From positions 70,087-134,086 of the forward strand of contig JBDRRF010000031.1 of NCBI GenBank assembly GCA_043825875.1: 64,000 nt of DNA, read 5' to 3'. The number at the start of each line of letters is the position of its first letter. Within the stretch, counting starts at the first letter, position 1. This DNA is from Pseudomonadota bacterium (GTDB taxonomy: Bacteria > Desulfobacterota > Desulfobacteria > Desulfobacterales > RPRI01). The translations under genes were made by a program, and so were the position numbers. Of the stretch, positions 8,658-20,481 are shown piece after piece. The notes under the pieces are model-generated. The model did no database searches and was not told where the DNA came from. It saw only the letters and a program-made list of their open reading frames with translations.

Positions 8658-10763
8658 TTATTTACTGCTTATCGGCAAAAACACCCTAAACATTGACCAG
8701 TTATTTTCTTTACTTTCAACCTCTATCCTGCCGCCATGAGCTTCAACAATTGTTTTACAGTGAAACAGACCGATTCCCATGCCCTGTTTTTTTGTTGTCC
8801 TGAAAGGCCGGAACAGATCTTTTGCTATAAATTCCTCAGACATTCCGCAACCATTGTCATAGATAGAGATTTGTGCCCAATTTTCTTTACAGGCAGTTTC
8901 AACTATAATTTTACCATCCTGTTCTATGGCATCACAGGCATTCATAAGAAGATTCTCGAGTACTTTATTAATTTGTTCAGGATCTATAAAAAGCAAAGGA
9001 ACATTGTTTAAGTTTTGCAAAACAGACCCTTGGGTATATCCTTTAATATCAGATACGGCAGATGTAATCATCTCATTAAGATCAGTCTTTTGTACAGAAA
9101 GTTCCAGCTTTTGGCTTAAAAGAGAGAGGCGGCTGCTCATGCTGTTTATCTTTGATACGCTTTGTGAAATTGTTTTAAGAGCATCGGCACGAAATTCAGG
9201 GTTATCTATAAGAACAGGTAGGTTCTGTGTTACAAGAGAAAGTTTTGTCGCAAGATTTTTCAGGTCATGCATAAAAAAAGCAGACATGGCCTGGAATGCC
9301 TCTAGCTCTTTTACTTTGCGAAGATGTTCCGAAAGCCTCAAATTCTGCAAGATAGCAGCCGCCTGATCGGCAATGGTTCTAACAAGTTCAGTTTCTTCAA
9401 AAGAAAGGGGCTCATAAAAAACTTTTTCGCTTAACGTCATAATCCCGATAAGTTGACCTGCGGCATTTAGCGGGACACAGTATCTTATACTCGATTCGCG
9501 TGTTTCTGCATCATAGATGCGGTTTAGAGACTTCACCCAGCTGGCTGTATTTCCTTTAAGATCAAGCAAAACAGATTGTTCTTCCATTGTGCGGATAAGA
9601 TCAGCAATATTATAACCTGAAAAACTCATTGTATCTGCTTTTGCATCCGTAAATACTGTTGAACCTTCTAAAGACATCCTTTCCTGTTTCTCATCAACTA
9701 TCCAGATGCTTACGGATAGAATCTCCATTGTTTCAGAGACCATGTTTACAATAATGCTGCAAAGATCTTTTGTTTGTGTAACAGAAGCGGTTCTGTTTGT
9801 AAAATCTCCCCAGATTTTCCGGTAGTCATATTGGGGCCGTTTGAAATGACGGCTTATAAAACGTTTTCTTTTTACCCGCAGACGGTCTGAAAGCAGCAGA
9901 CTTATTATTACGATTAAAGCTACAAATGCTAAAAATATTATTAGATAAGTATTATCGATCCATGCAAAATGAACGGAAAGCCATGTCAGTGTTCCTACTA
10001 ATATAAAGTAGATGCCCGCGATAAGCATTGTAAATGAATTATATAAAAGCTGATGGGAAAGCTGAATACTGGCATTAAGAGGTTTCCCACGTAATAGTGA
10101 CCGTAAAATAAGGATTGCGGCTACAAGAAGCGCTCCTTGATTAATAACATAAAGACCTGTAGTTACACCTTTGAAAAGCAGTACATAGCTATATGTGAAA
10201 AGTCGTATTCCTATCATAGCTCCCAAGCCGAGAAACATAAATTTGGTTTGCCAGCGTATATGACCTGTGGAATGTCGGAATGTTCTTTCAAAATTCATCA
10301 GAATCAGGATTGCAGATAATATCCAGATAAGATGCCATATATATCCTGAATTTCCGATTGCTATAAAAAGTTCTGAGGTTTTTGTTAAAACGGGTTCTCC
10401 CGAAAAGAAAGAGTTTCTGAAAAAAATGGCTATTAATACAGGCAGAATAAAAAATGAAATAATGACCCATTTCCATTTTGATATCTGTTCCATATAATTA
10501 GCTCGGGCAAAGCTTATGCTGAAAAGAAGCCAGACAGATGGCAGAAATGAAGCGGTTATTGACTGGAAATGCTGTCGAATTAAAAAATTATCTATAGATA
10601 ATGACTGGAAAAGAAACCCGGTTAATGCGGCATTTACTGAACATAAAATCATGCCTGCTGCAAAAATACGATGAATAAAAGAGCGAGGTTCTCGCCACAG
10701 CGCAAGAAGCGCAATTCCTGCTGCTACCGCAGCCGCTACATATGAGATAGTTAAGGTAAACAT
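8658..10763 (-). CDS. prsK: PEP-CTERM system membrane histidine kinase PrsK
   Basis: Multi-TM N-terminus, FISRHF...YDYR, GAF domain, SAFFMHDLKN H-box, GMGIGLF G-box. Confidence 0.88.
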   Translation of the reverse strand: MFTLTISYVAAAVAAGIALLALWREPRSFIHRIFAAGMILCSVNAALTGFLFQSLSIDNFLIRQHFQSITASFLPSVWLLFSISFARANYMEQISKWKWVIISFFILPVLIAIFFRNSFFSGEPVLTKTSELFIAIGNSGYIWHLIWILSAILILMNFERTFRHSTGHIRWQTKFMFLGLGAMIGIRLFTYSYVLLFKGVTTGLYVINQGALLVAAILILRSLLRGKPLNASIQLSHQLLYNSFTMLIAGIYFILVGTLTWLSVHFAWIDNTYLIIFLAFVALIVIISLLLSDRLRVKRKRFISRHFKRPQYDYRKIWGDFTNRTASVTQTKDLCSIIVNMVSETMEILSVSIWIVDEKQERMSLEGSTVFTDAKADTMSFSGYNIADLIRTMEEQSVLLDLKGNTASWVKSLNRIYDAETRESSIRYCVPLNAAGQLIGIMTLSEKVFYEPLSFEETELVRTIADQAAAILQNLRLSEHLRKVKELEAFQAMSAFFMHDLKNLATKLSLVTQNLPVLIDNPEFRADALKTISQSVSKINSMSSRLSLLSQKLELSVQKTDLNEMITSAVSDIKGYTQGSVLQNLNNVPLLFIDPEQINKVLENLLMNACDAIEQDGKIIVETACKENWAQISIYDNGCGMSEEFIAKDLFRPFRTTKKQGMGIGLFHCKTIVEAHGGRIEVESKENNWSMFRVFLPISSK

Positions 10764-11076
10764 TTTTAAGTTAGATTAAAGATTTAAGTATCTTTGTTGA
10801 TATATCCGATTTGAATTTTTATATATCTGGGTTTTTGACTCTCCATTATAGTCAACAATGTGCAGACTTTATAGCATACAGCACGGGAATGCAAGTGTCA
10901 TTTTAATGTTATAATTCAGGCAGGATTATTATTTCTTATTTTCTTCTAATCATTGACCTTTTATCTTCTTATGTGGTAATAATCTCCCGGCTTAATTTTT
11001 CAAAGATGCATGAATCGTTTTAATAAAACGATATTTTCTGATGATTAATTAATAAACATGTTAAACAAAAATATTA

Positions 11077-11218
11077 GAGCCACTTTCAAAACGTTTCAGT
11101 TTGGTCAAGGTCAAGGCGGGTGATAATTTTAACCGCAGGAATACATGGAGTATTTCGAGGATTAAAATTTTCACCCAACGCAGAGATCGGCCAAAATGGG
11201 ACGTTTTGAAACTGGCTC
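11077..11218 (-). mobile_element. 142-bp MITE-like repeat, copy 3 (inverted)
   Basis: Reverse complement of copy 1 with few changes; ATTA on both sides (11073-11076, 11219-11222). Confidence 0.88.
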
Positions 11219-11282
11219 ATTAGTACTTTAAAACCTGACGGTTGCATTATTTCAAGCCGTCAAAATCAGGAGGTTTTTTTAT

Positions 11283-12572
11283 ATGAAAGAAGTTGTAATA
11301 GTTGGAGGAGCAAGAACTGCTGTAGGTTCATTTGGTGGAAGCTTAAAAGATGTTTCAGTTATTGACTTAGGAGGTCTGGTTATAAAAGATGCTCTTAAAA
11401 GAACAGGGCTTAGGCCTGTTGTTGGAGCAAATACATTGGAAAATGCTCCCGAAACATTGAAAGATAAGGGAATAACCGAGCTTGAAAGCAAATATTCTGA
11501 TTGGGATGATTCAAAACAACCAATTGAAATTGATGAAGTTATAATGGGAAATGTACTTCAGGCCGGATTGGGGCAAAATCCTGCAAGACAGTCAATGATA
11601 CGTGGCGGTATTCCGAAGGAAACGCCTGCTTTTACCATTAATAAAGTATGCAGCTCAGGACTTCGGGCGATTGCTTTGGGGGCAACTTCCATAATGGCCG
11701 GACAGGCTGATGTTATAATAGCCGGTGGGCAGGAAAACATGAGCCTTGTACCTATGGCGCTTCAAAAAGCCCGCTGGGGTTACAGAATGGAAATCACAGG
11801 AAACGGCCAGATCCAGGATTTAATGGTTTTGGATGGATTATATGAGATATTTTACGGCTATCACATGGGATTAACAGCTGAAAATATTGCTGCTATGTAT
11901 GGGATCAGCAGAGAAGAGCAGGATCAACTTGGCGCACTTAGCCATGAAAGAGCTATGGCTGCAATAAAAAACGGCATATTTGCCCAGGAAATAACACCTG
12001 TTGTTATAAAGACGCGAAAAGGTGACACGATAGTTGATACGGATGAGCGCCCAATGGAAACAAGCGTTGAAAAAATGGGAAAATTAAGACCGGCATTCAA
12101 AAAAGACGGAACCGTGACAGCCGGAAATGCCTCCGGAATAAATGATGGTGCTGCGGCTGTTGTTATGATGAGCCTTGATAAGGCAAAAGAGCTTGGGCTT
12201 GAGCCTATTGTCTATGTCAAGTCCTTTGCATCAGGCGGTGTTGATCCGGCATATATGGGTCTTGGACCTGTTCCTGCTATTAAAAAAGCATTAAAAACAG
12301 CCGGCATGGCATTGCAAGATATTGACATGATAGAATTAAATGAAGCATTTGCGTCCCAGGCTATCGGTTGTATGCGCGAACTTGGTATTGATAATGACAG
12401 GCCGAATGAACTGGGAAGCGGCATTTCTTTGGGGCATCCCATTGGCTGTACAGGTGCTCGCCAAATGGTTTCGGGAATGAACCAGATGAAAAGAAAAGGA
12501 TATTCTACAGGCCTTATTTCCATGTGCATTGGCGGTGGTATGGGAATGGCCATGGTCATTGAAAGAAAGTAA
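11283..12572 (+). CDS. Acetyl-CoA C-acetyltransferase (thiolase)
   Basis: [27 protein letters not shown] catalytic motifs; AGGAGG RBS. Confidence 0.95.
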   Translation: MKEVVIVGGARTAVGSFGGSLKDVSVIDLGGLVIKDALKRTGLRPVVGANTLENAPETLKDKGITELESKYSDWDDSKQPIEIDEVIMGNVLQAGLGQNPARQSMIRGGIPKETPAFTINKVCSSGLRAIALGATSIMAGQADVIIAGGQENMSLVPMALQKARWGYRMEITGNGQIQDLMVLDGLYEIFYGYHMGLTAENIAAMYGISREEQDQLGALSHERAMAAIKNGIFAQEITPVVIKTRKGDTIVDTDERPMETSVEKMGKLRPAFKKDGTVTAGNASGINDGAAAVVMMSLDKAKELGLEPIVYVKSFASGGVDPAYMGLGPVPAIKKALKTAGMALQDIDMIELNEAFASQAIGCMRELGIDNDRPNELGSGISLGHPIGCTGARQMVSGMNQMKRKGYSTGLISMCIGGGMGMAMVIERK

Positions 12573-12647
12573 TTTGGATATCGATTTTCACCGTTTTATA
12601 TTTGGGTTTTGCGATTTGATTATTGGGTTTTTTTGAGGGGTTGTAAG

Positions 12648-12806
12648 ATGGATCTTAGCAGAAAACTCGGGATTCTCATTTTTTGTGGTGTACCTGCCAT
12701 AGTTGGCGGGGGTATAGCATATGCTGTGTTTGGCAGTTATGCTTATGTGATTGCTTATGAAATCATTCTTATACTTGTTGCCGGAGTATTTGTCGGCAAA
12801 GCATAA
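12648..12806 (+). CDS. Small two-TM hypothetical membrane protein
   Basis: 52-aa hydrophobic ORF with GAGGGG upstream. Confidence 0.55.
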   Translation: MDLSRKLGILIFCGVPAIVGGGIAYAVFGSYAYVIAYEIILILVAGVFVGKA

Positions 12807-12859
12807 AGAACAGATATCTATTCCGGTAGTAAACTTTAAACAAAAGGTTTTGTATTATT

Positions 12860-15283
12860 ATGCAAACTGAAGAACTACATGAGATCGACTTAGAGACAGA
12901 GATGAAAAAGTCTTATCTCGATTACGCTATGAGCGTTATTATCGGGAGGGCTTTGCCTGATGTTCGCGATGGCCTTAAGCCTGTCCATCGTCGCATTCTT
13001 TACGCCATGCGCGAGCTTAAGAATGATTGGAATAAACCGTATAAAAAATCAGCCAGAATAGTCGGTGATGTAATAGGTAAATATCATCCGCATGGTGATA
13101 CGGCAGTTTATGATACTATTGTTCGAATGGCCCAGGATTTTTCATTAAGGTATCTGCTTGTTGATGGCCAGGGCAATTTCGGCTCTGTAGATGGAGATCC
13201 CCCTGCAGCAATGCGTTATACTGAAATCAGAATGACGCGCCTTGCCCATGAAATGATGGAAGATATCGACAAAGAGACCGTTGATGTTGTGCCGAATTAT
13301 GATGAGTCTTTAACCGAGCCTTCAATACTGCCTGCTAAAATACCATGTCTTCTGATTAACGGATCTTCAGGTATTGCTGTCGGAATGGCGACAAGTATTC
13401 CACCGCATAATCTTACCGAAGTAATAGAAGCAATAAAAAGTCTTATAGATAACCCCGATATTACATGTGAAGAGCTTATTAAAATAGTACCGGGGCCTGA
13501 TTTTCCTACAGCCGGTATAATCTACGGGAGAAGCGGAATATATGATGCTTATTCCACCGGAAGAGGTAAAGTAAAGGTTCGTGCACGAGTTCTTGTGGAA
13601 GTGGATAAAAAGAGTCAGAGCGAAACTATAGTGGTTACAGAGCTTCCATATATGGTCAATAAAGCAACCCTTATTGAAAAAATTGCCGAAATGATCCGTG
13701 ACAAGCAGATAGAAGGAATAAAGTATGTACGGGATGAATCCGACAGACAAGGGATGCGGATCGCTCTTGGTCTTAAGAAAGACCAGATGGCAAAAATTAT
13801 CATCAATCAACTTTATAAGCATACCCGGATGCAAAGCACATTCGGTATCATCTTCCTTGCTGTTGTAAATAACAGACCGGAAGTACTGACATTAAAGGAA
13901 ATCCTTGAGTATTTCGTACTGCACCGCAAGGATATTATTATAAAGCGGACTAAATTTGAGCTAAAGAAGGCTGAAGCACGGGCTCATATACTTGAAGGGC
14001 TCAAGATAGCGATAGATAATATTGATGCAGTAATTACATTGATTAAAAGCTCTAAATCTCCCACAGAGGCTAAACAAGCGCTTATATCTAAATTCGATAT
14101 GACTCCTATTCAGTCTCAGGCTGTGTTGGATATGCGTCTTCAAAGACTTACCGGCCTTGAGCGGGAAAAGATAATTGAAGAATATGATAATATAATAAAA
14201 GATATTGCAAAGTACAGGGCAATACTTTCCAGCGAAACTCTGGTATTAAATATCATAAAAGATGAACTTACCCTGATAAAAAGCGAATACGCCGATGTAC
14301 GACGTACTGAAATTACGGATGAAACGGAAGATATTTCAATTGAGGATTTAATCGTTGAAGAGGATATGGTTGTTACTGTTTCCAAGGATGGATATATTAA
14401 GCGGACACCCGCAAGTATATATAATGCGCAAAGTCGCGGAGGAAAAGGTAAAACTGCGATGGCAACAAAAGAAGAGGATTTTGTTTCATTGCTTTTTGTT
14501 GCATCTACTCACCACCATTTTCTGTTTTTTACAAATCAGGGGAAAGTCTACTGGTGTAAAGTTTATGATATTCCTGAAGCCGGACGGACAAGCCGGGGTA
14601 AGGCTATAGTTAATTTATTAAACTTTGCACAAGGTGAAAAACTTACTACCGTTCTTGCTGTAAAGGATTTTGAGCCGGGGTCTTTTGTGATCATGGCAAC
14701 AAAGCGGGGGCAGGTTAAAAGGACGGATATCATGGCATACAGCCGGCCAAGAGTAGGAGGAATCAAGGCTTTAAAACTTGATGATGGAGATGAGCTTATA
14801 GCAGTGCGTATTACTGATGGTACGCTTAATGTTTTTGTTTGTTCAGCTTCGGGGAAATCTATTCGTTTCCATGAATCGGATATACGGGCAACTGGCCGTG
14901 TTACCGGAGGAATGCGGGGGATGCGTTTGTCCAAGGATGACCGGATTGTGGGAATGGAGGTTTTAAGCCATGGACAGACGCTTTTTGCGGTTACGGAAAA
15001 CGGTTTCGGCAAAAGGACATCTATTGATGAATATCCTGTTCATAAAAGAGGAGGAAAGGGTGTCATATGTATAAAAACCAGTGAAAGAAACGGCCAGGTT
15101 GTAACAATAATTATTGTAGATGAGGATGATGACCTTATGCTTATGACAGACTCCGGTAAAATTATTCGTACTCCCATAAGCGGTATTTCGGTTATCAGCC
15201 GCAATACTCAGGGAGTCAAGCTTATGAACAGAGAAGAGCCTGAAAAAGTTATCGGAGCGGTGAGGCTTGCTGAAAAAGACTAG
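12860..15283 (+). CDS. gyrA: DNA gyrase subunit A
   Basis: [23 protein letters not shown] (catalytic Tyr), GyrA-box QSRGGKG, C-terminal pinwheel repeats. Confidence 0.98.
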   Translation: MQTEELHEIDLETEMKKSYLDYAMSVIIGRALPDVRDGLKPVHRRILYAMRELKNDWNKPYKKSARIVGDVIGKYHPHGDTAVYDTIVRMAQDFSLRYLLVDGQGNFGSVDGDPPAAMRYTEIRMTRLAHEMMEDIDKETVDVVPNYDESLTEPSILPAKIPCLLINGSSGIAVGMATSIPPHNLTEVIEAIKSLIDNPDITCEELIKIVPGPDFPTAGIIYGRSGIYDAYSTGRGKVKVRARVLVEVDKKSQSETIVVTELPYMVNKATLIEKIAEMIRDKQIEGIKYVRDESDRQGMRIALGLKKDQMAKIIINQLYKHTRMQSTFGIIFLAVVNNRPEVLTLKEILEYFVLHRKDIIIKRTKFELKKAEARAHILEGLKIAIDNIDAVITLIKSSKSPTEAKQALISKFDMTPIQSQAVLDMRLQRLTGLEREKIIEEYDNIIKDIAKYRAILSSETLVLNIIKDELTLIKSEYADVRRTEITDETEDISIEDLIVEEDMVVTVSKDGYIKRTPASIYNAQSRGGKGKTAMATKEEDFVSLLFVASTHHHFLFFTNQGKVYWCKVYDIPEAGRTSRGKAIVNLLNFAQGEKLTTVLAVKDFEPGSFVIMATKRGQVKRTDIMAYSRPRVGGIKALKLDDGDELIAVRITDGTLNVFVCSASGKSIRFHESDIRATGRVTGGMRGMRLSKDDRIVGMEVLSHGQTLFAVTENGFGKRTSIDEYPVHKRGGKGVICIKTSERNGQVVTIIIVDEDDDLMLMTDSGKIIRTPISGISVISRNTQGVKLMNREEPEKVIGAVRLAEKD

Positions 15284-15332
15284 TACAGGGTCGGGAGAAT
15301 ATACCATATAAGAGGATATGGATGAATTTTAG

Positions 15333-16364
15333 ATGATGGATATATCAGATATAAATAATGCTAATATAGGTGTGATTGGGGCAGGAAGCTGGGGTACTGC
15401 GCTTGCCAATCTTTTAGGTAATAAAGGATTTAAGGTTGATTTCTGGGTTTTTGAAAAGGAAATAAAAGAACAGATCGAAGAATTTCGCGAGAATAAGGTT
15501 TTTCTTCCGGATATAGTACTTTCTTCAAATATTATTCCTTCAAATAATATTGCCTATGCTGTTAAAGAAAAAGATCTTGTTCTTATAGTTGTGCCATCCC
15601 ATGTGATGCGCGAAACAGCTATGAAAATTTCGGGCTTGATTGATAAAAAAACAATTATAGTTACTGCTTCAAAGGGAATAGAAAATGGTACATATCTTAC
15701 CATGACTGGTGTTCTCAAGGAGTGTATCACTAATATTTGTGAAGATAATTTTGCTGTTCTTTCAGGGCCGAGTTTTGCAAAGGAAGTAGCAAAAAACTTG
15801 CCTACGGCAGTAACAGCGGCATCAAAAAGTCCGGATGTTGCAGCTTTTGTTCAGCTCCTGTTTGCAACTCCATTTTTCAGGGTATATACCAATGATGATA
15901 TAATAGGGGTTGAATTGGGAGGTGCAGTCAAAAATGTTATAGCTATTGCTGCAGGAATTATAGACGGTCTTGATCTGGGATTAAATACCAGAGCAGCACT
16001 TATAACAAGAGGACTGGCAGAGCTAAAGCGACTAGGGCTTGCAATGGGTGCAAAGCCTGAAACATTTACAGGTCTTGCCGGTGTCGGTGACCTGGTTCTT
16101 ACCTGTACAGGCGATTTAAGCAGAAATCATATGATTGGCAAAAAAATAGGCGAAAACAAGAAACTAAAGGAAATCCTTTCCGAAATGCGTATGGTTGCAG
16201 AAGGTGTAAATACTACAAAGTCGGTTTATAATCTTTCTAAAAAACTTGGTGTTGAAATGCCTATCACCGATCAGATTTACAGCATATTATACGAAGATGT
16301 TTCTCCGAAGGAGGCTCTCCTTAATCTTATGACGCGTGATCTTAAGCAGGAAGTGGATGAGTAA
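15333..16364 (+). CDS. gpsA: NAD(P)H-dependent glycerol-3-phosphate dehydrogenase
   Basis: GAGSWGTA, LSGPSFA, GGAVKNVIA, GDLVLTC..SRN. Confidence 0.96.
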   Translation: MMDISDINNANIGVIGAGSWGTALANLLGNKGFKVDFWVFEKEIKEQIEEFRENKVFLPDIVLSSNIIPSNNIAYAVKEKDLVLIVVPSHVMRETAMKISGLIDKKTIIVTASKGIENGTYLTMTGVLKECITNICEDNFAVLSGPSFAKEVAKNLPTAVTAASKSPDVAAFVQLLFATPFFRVYTNDDIIGVELGGAVKNVIAIAAGIIDGLDLGLNTRAALITRGLAELKRLGLAMGAKPETFTGLAGVGDLVLTCTGDLSRNHMIGKKIGENKKLKEILSEMRMVAEGVNTTKSVYNLSKKLGVEMPITDQIYSILYEDVSPKEALLNLMTRDLKQEVDE

Positions 16365-17109
16365 AGACAGAATACAGGAAAAAGGCGAAGGCCACAGGCA
16401 AAGGCTTCGAGATAAATTCCTGTCGTCAGGCCTTTCCGGTTTTCATGATTATGAAGTAATAGAACTTTTACTGACTCTTGCTACCCCACGCAAAGACTGC
16501 AAGGAATCTGCAAAGGCGGCTTTAAACAAATTTAAGACTTTTCAGGCAGTCCTTGAAGCTTCCCCCTCTGAATTGTGTAAGATAAAAGGCATAGGGCCTG
16601 TAAATCTTTTTGGGATCAAGCTTGTTAATGATGTTGCAAACAGGTATCTTGAAAAGAAATTGATTAATAAAGATCCTATAAACAATTCCAAAGAATTGTT
16701 CGATTATCTTAATCATAATCTAAGGGACAAAAACATTGAGTGCTTTGAGGTGATTTTTCTTGATGCCAAGAACAAAGTCATAAGAGCCGAAACCCTTTTT
16801 AAGGGTTCGCTTACTTCAAGTTCCGTATATCCAAGAGAAGTAGCACGGGCTGCACTAGATTATCATGCAGCAGCTCTTATTTTCGCACATAACCATCCGT
16901 CAGGTGATCCTGAACCTTCTGCCGAAGACATTGCAGTAACAAGACAGCTTGTTTTTGCATGCAAGGTAATGGGTGTTTCCGTCCATGAACATATTATAAT
17001 AGGCGACAATAAATATTACAGCTTTGCAGATCATGGTTATATTGAAAAGATTAACCTGGAATTTAATTTGCAGACAAAAGAATTTGAAGCAAAAAATTTG
17101 CCGAAATGA
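16357..17109 (+). CDS. radC: RadC/JAB-domain protein
   Basis: GHRQRLR, VYPREV, AHNHPSGDPEPSAED JAB motif. Confidence 0.92.
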   Translation: MSKDRIQEKGEGHRQRLRDKFLSSGLSGFHDYEVIELLLTLATPRKDCKESAKAALNKFKTFQAVLEASPSELCKIKGIGPVNLFGIKLVNDVANRYLEKKLINKDPINNSKELFDYLNHNLRDKNIECFEVIFLDAKNKVIRAETLFKGSLTSSSVYPREVARAALDYHAAALIFAHNHPSGDPEPSAEDIAVTRQLVFACKVMGVSVHEHIIIGDNKYYSFADHGYIEKINLEFNLQTKEFEAKNLPK

Positions 17110-17381
17110 ATGCTGACCACAAAAAACATCCGGATTGTTTTGGGAAAATGGACATTGTTTTTCCAATGGCCGATGACGGCTTAAGATGTTCGCCGGAGTC
17201 CTGTCTTGCATGCGATTTAAAGACCGATTGCTTAAAAACAGCTATGAATCAGAAAGAAGGTTTAAAAGCGCAAGAAGAATTTACCGACAGGTTTTATGAA
17301 GCAGGCATGATCGGCTTTTTAAAAAGATGGTCTGATAAGAAAATTCTTCACCGCAAGATTAATAAAAAGAATAAGGAGTAA
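17106..17381 (+). CDS. Small Cys-containing hypothetical protein
   Basis: PDCFG...CLAC...C; ATGA overlap with radC, abuts pgk. Confidence 0.65.
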   Translation: MNADHKKHPDCFGKMDIVFPMADDGLRCSPESCLACDLKTDCLKTAMNQKEGLKAQEEFTDRFYEAGMIGFLKRWSDKKILHRKINKKNKE

Positions 17382-17385
17382 AGTT

Positions 17386-18582
17386 TTGAAAACTATAAAA
17401 GACATTAACCTTTCGGGCAAACGTGTGTTTATAAGAGTTGATTTTAATGTGCCTTTAGATGAAAAGCTTAATATAACTGATGATACCAGAATAAGTTTTG
17501 CACTTCCTTCCTTAAAATACGCGATAGAAAATAAAGCAAAGCTTATTGTTGCATCTCATCTTGGCAGACCGAAAGGAAAAGTTTCTCCACAGTTTAGTCT
17601 TTTGCCGGTAGCAAAACGCCTTAGTTCTTATTTGGACAAAGAAGTTAAGATGGCTTCCGACTGTATAGGGCCTGATGTTGATTCTTTAATATCTTCAATG
17701 TCTGAAGCAGATGTGTTGCTTCTTGAAAACTTAAGATTTCATCCGGAAGAAGAAAAAAATGACGATAATTTTGCAAAAGAACTGGCCAAGCTTTGTGATG
17801 TATATGTTAATGATGCATTTGCAGTATCTCATAGGGCGAATGCTTCTGTTGCCGCAATAACAGAGCATGCAACAGTGTCGGTTGCAGGATTATTACTTGA
17901 AAAAGAGCTGGAATACTTTGAAAAAGCCATGACAAACCCAAAGCGACCGCTTGTGGCAGTGGTTGGAGGGGCGAAAGTTTCAAGCAAGTTGGCTGCTCTT
18001 GAAAATATGATTTTGCGCGTGGATAAACTGATAATAGGCGGTGCAATGGCAAATACTTTCTTAAAAAGCCAGGGCATTGATGTTGGGGATTCAAAGGTTG
18101 AAGAAGATCTTCTTGAAGTTGCCGCATCTATAATGAAAAAAGCTTCTGAAAAAGGTGTTAAATTTTATCTTCCGGTTGATGGAATTGTTGCTGATTCTTT
18201 TTCTCCCGATGCAGCGACAAAAATTGTGCCTGTAGCCAAAATACCGGCAAAGTGGATGATGCTTGATATAGGGCCTGAGTCATCTCTGCTTTTTTCAAAA
18301 GCTTTAAAGGATGCAGGAACAATAATCTGGAACGGCCCTCTCGGGGCATTTGAAATGGAAGCTTTTGCCAAAGGTACAATGTCTATGGCAAATGATCTGG
18401 CAAATTCGAAAGCATTGACCATAGTTGGCGGAGGAGATACTGATTCGGCTGTCCATAAAGCAGGTAAAGCAGGCAGTATAACTTTTATTTCAACAGGAGG
18501 CGGTGCTTTTCTTGAGCTGCTTGAAGGCAAGACTTTGCCTGCTGTTGCAGCTTTGGCCAAAGCTCAACAAAAAACAGTATAA
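17386..18582 (+). CDS. pgk: Phosphoglycerate kinase
   Basis: [37 protein letters not shown] start after AAGGAG. Confidence 0.97.
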   Translation: MKTIKDINLSGKRVFIRVDFNVPLDEKLNITDDTRISFALPSLKYAIENKAKLIVASHLGRPKGKVSPQFSLLPVAKRLSSYLDKEVKMASDCIGPDVDSLISSMSEADVLLLENLRFHPEEEKNDDNFAKELAKLCDVYVNDAFAVSHRANASVAAITEHATVSVAGLLLEKELEYFEKAMTNPKRPLVAVVGGAKVSSKLAALENMILRVDKLIIGGAMANTFLKSQGIDVGDSKVEEDLLEVAASIMKKASEKGVKFYLPVDGIVADSFSPDAATKIVPVAKIPAKWMMLDIGPESSLLFSKALKDAGTIIWNGPLGAFEMEAFAKGTMSMANDLANSKALTIVGGGDTDSAVHKAGKAGSITFISTGGGAFLELLEGKTLPAVAALAKAQQKTV

Positions 18583-18603
18583 AAACAAAAGCTGTTTTTA
18601 CCT

Positions 18604-19308
18604 ATGAAAAATCTCAGTTCTCATAAATTGGGTATGCTGATTGGTGTCTGTATTATTGCTGTTGCAGTGGTAATATATATTTTCAGGACTCCCTTGTGGG
18701 ATTTGACTCTTTTTTATTGGAATCTTTTATCCGACAGGGAACAGATTAAAACATTTATTACATCGTTTGGAATTCTCGCCCCTATAGCTTTTATAGCTAT
18801 CCAGATCCTTCAGGTAATTTTTGCTCCTGTTCCTGGTGAAGCAACGGGCTTTATCGGCGGATATCTTTTTGGTGCTTTACAGGGTTTTATTTATTCAAGC
18901 ATAGGACTTGCAGTTGGATCGTGGATAAATTTTCTTATAGGTCGTTTTTTAGGCAAGCGGGTCATCAGAAAAATAATCCCTTCAAACTATCTGACTAAAT
19001 TTGATTCTACAATTAAGCACCAGGGGGTTTTAGTGCTTTTTGTTCTGTTTGTTTTTCCCGGTTTTCCCAAAGATTATCTTTGCCTGTTTCTTGGCATAAG
19101 TGCTCTTCCGATTAAAGTATTTATTCTTCTCGCCACTATAGGGCGCATGCCCGGAACTTTGATGTTAAGTTTTCAGGGAGCATCCCTTTATGATAAAGCG
19201 TACGGGCCCTTTATAATTATAACGGTAATTTGTATTGTCTTTATGGCCATTGGATATAAATACCGCGATGCTATTTATCAGTGGGTTGATAAAGTTAACA
19301 ACAAGTAA
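18604..19308 (+). CDS. TVP38/VTT (DedA superfamily) membrane protein
   Basis: QVIFAPVPGE, GYLFG, PGFPKD, GRMPG motifs. Confidence 0.85.
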   Translation: MKNLSSHKLGMLIGVCIIAVAVVIYIFRTPLWDLTLFYWNLLSDREQIKTFITSFGILAPIAFIAIQILQVIFAPVPGEATGFIGGYLFGALQGFIYSSIGLAVGSWINFLIGRFLGKRVIRKIIPSNYLTKFDSTIKHQGVLVLFVLFVFPGFPKDYLCLFLGISALPIKVFILLATIGRMPGTLMLSFQGASLYDKAYGPFIIITVICIVFMAIGYKYRDAIYQWVDKVNNK

Positions 19309-19402
19309 TACTTCAGCTCGCATTACTTATGGCGGGTAAGAATGGGTGTGGAGCTGCAAGCCCGTTATCGAAGTATGATGCAATGAAAAAGACAATGCCT
19401 AA

Positions 19403-19672
19403 GAAAAAATATATAACACAGAACTGCAACTAACTTTGAACCACGTTAAAAAATTGCAGGGACTTCTTCCAATTTGTGCTTCATGTAAGAAAATTAAAGA
19501 TGACAAAGGTTATTGGAATCAGATTGAATCCTACATTGTAGAGCATTCTGAGGTTCAATTTAGTCATGGACTTTGTGAGGAATGTTCTGAAAAGCTTTAT
19601 GGTAAAGAAGATTGGTATAAAAAATTGAAAAGAAAAAGTGAACCATATAATCGGATAGCCGGAGATTTTTAA
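19403..19672 (+). pseudogene. Orphan C-terminal Cys/His domain of a signalling protein (remnant or tiny protein)
   Basis: ELQLTLNHVKKLQGLLPICASCKKIKDDKGYWNQIESYI...FSHGLCEEC, normally the tail of larger PAS/receiver proteins; in-frame TAA at 19400. Confidence 0.55.
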
Positions 19673-19720
19673 ACTAAAAAAGCCTCTTCGCCTTCTCGGT
19701 TACTGTGCAGAATAATGTTC

Positions 19721-20104
19721 TTATGCGATCCCTTTCCCCTTTTTATATAATACCCAATGACATTCGCCCTGGCGCTGGTAATGCTGTGCGCTAAATGCAC
19801 CAATAAGATGTATTCTCCAGTCATAATCTGGCTCTGAAACTGCCAACTCTTCAGCTTCAGCCACGGATATATAATCATTGCAGCTTTGCGCTTGCTTTTC
19901 CGAATATACACACTCACCATTTTTAGTCAGTAATGCATTGCCGAACCCAACTGCAATTACTTCTTGCATGGACAGGGATATATGTTTGCATCCACATAAA
20001 GGGCATATCTCATTTTTTGCTTCAATACAGGGAAGATATTTAAATTCCGTTAAGGGTTCAGACGAAAACCTATCTGACTTTGGTAGAATTTTACAGTTAT
20101 TCAT
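19721..20104 (-). CDS. Hypothetical protein with CxxC
   Basis: 127-aa ORF with GAGG/AGGA-like upstream sequence; CPLCG, DWRIHL, YQRQG..W. Confidence 0.6.
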   Translation of the reverse strand: MNNCKILPKSDRFSSEPLTEFKYLPCIEAKNEICPLCGCKHISLSMQEVIAVGFGNALLTKNGECVYSEKQAQSCNDYISVAEAEELAVSEPDYDWRIHLIGAFSAQHYQRQGECHWVLYKKGKGIA

Positions 20105-20481
20105 AGAGGTCCTTTTTATTGCAAGTAATAGTAATTATAATGATATTGGTCTAATTCTTATAGCTTATAACTTTACAGGAAATGCCCTTTTTTGATACGC
20201 TTCCTTATTTACTACAGAACAACTTACAAATAGCATACAGATTGACTGAATAATGATTTTTTTACTGTTTTTTTTAATTAAAAGCGTATGAGGCATATTT
20301 TTTTATACTTGACGCATTAATTTTTATTATGATAATGATAACTTCGGTCGTGTTGCTCGTATCATTTTTCTATAGACATCGGGCCAAAAGACTATTTTCT
20401 ACTTCCCTGTCTTTGGTTTTCCCGAAAGCAAATCCTTTTTAAGCGATAAGCTGCTTTTAGAGGATTGGAAGATTATTTTTC

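Noticed and set aside
11232..11276. Hairpin TGACGGTTG...CAAGCCGTCA just before the thiolase RBS as a riboswitch
   Set aside because: Single imperfect stem with no recognisable aptamer
13080..13115. Thr at the GyrA Ser83-equivalent position as quinolone resistance
   Set aside because: Thr is the natural residue in many wild-type bacteria
16357..17109. radC as a marker of a mobile element
   Set aside because: Full-length form within a gyrA-gpsA-pgk housekeeping run; no integrase nearby
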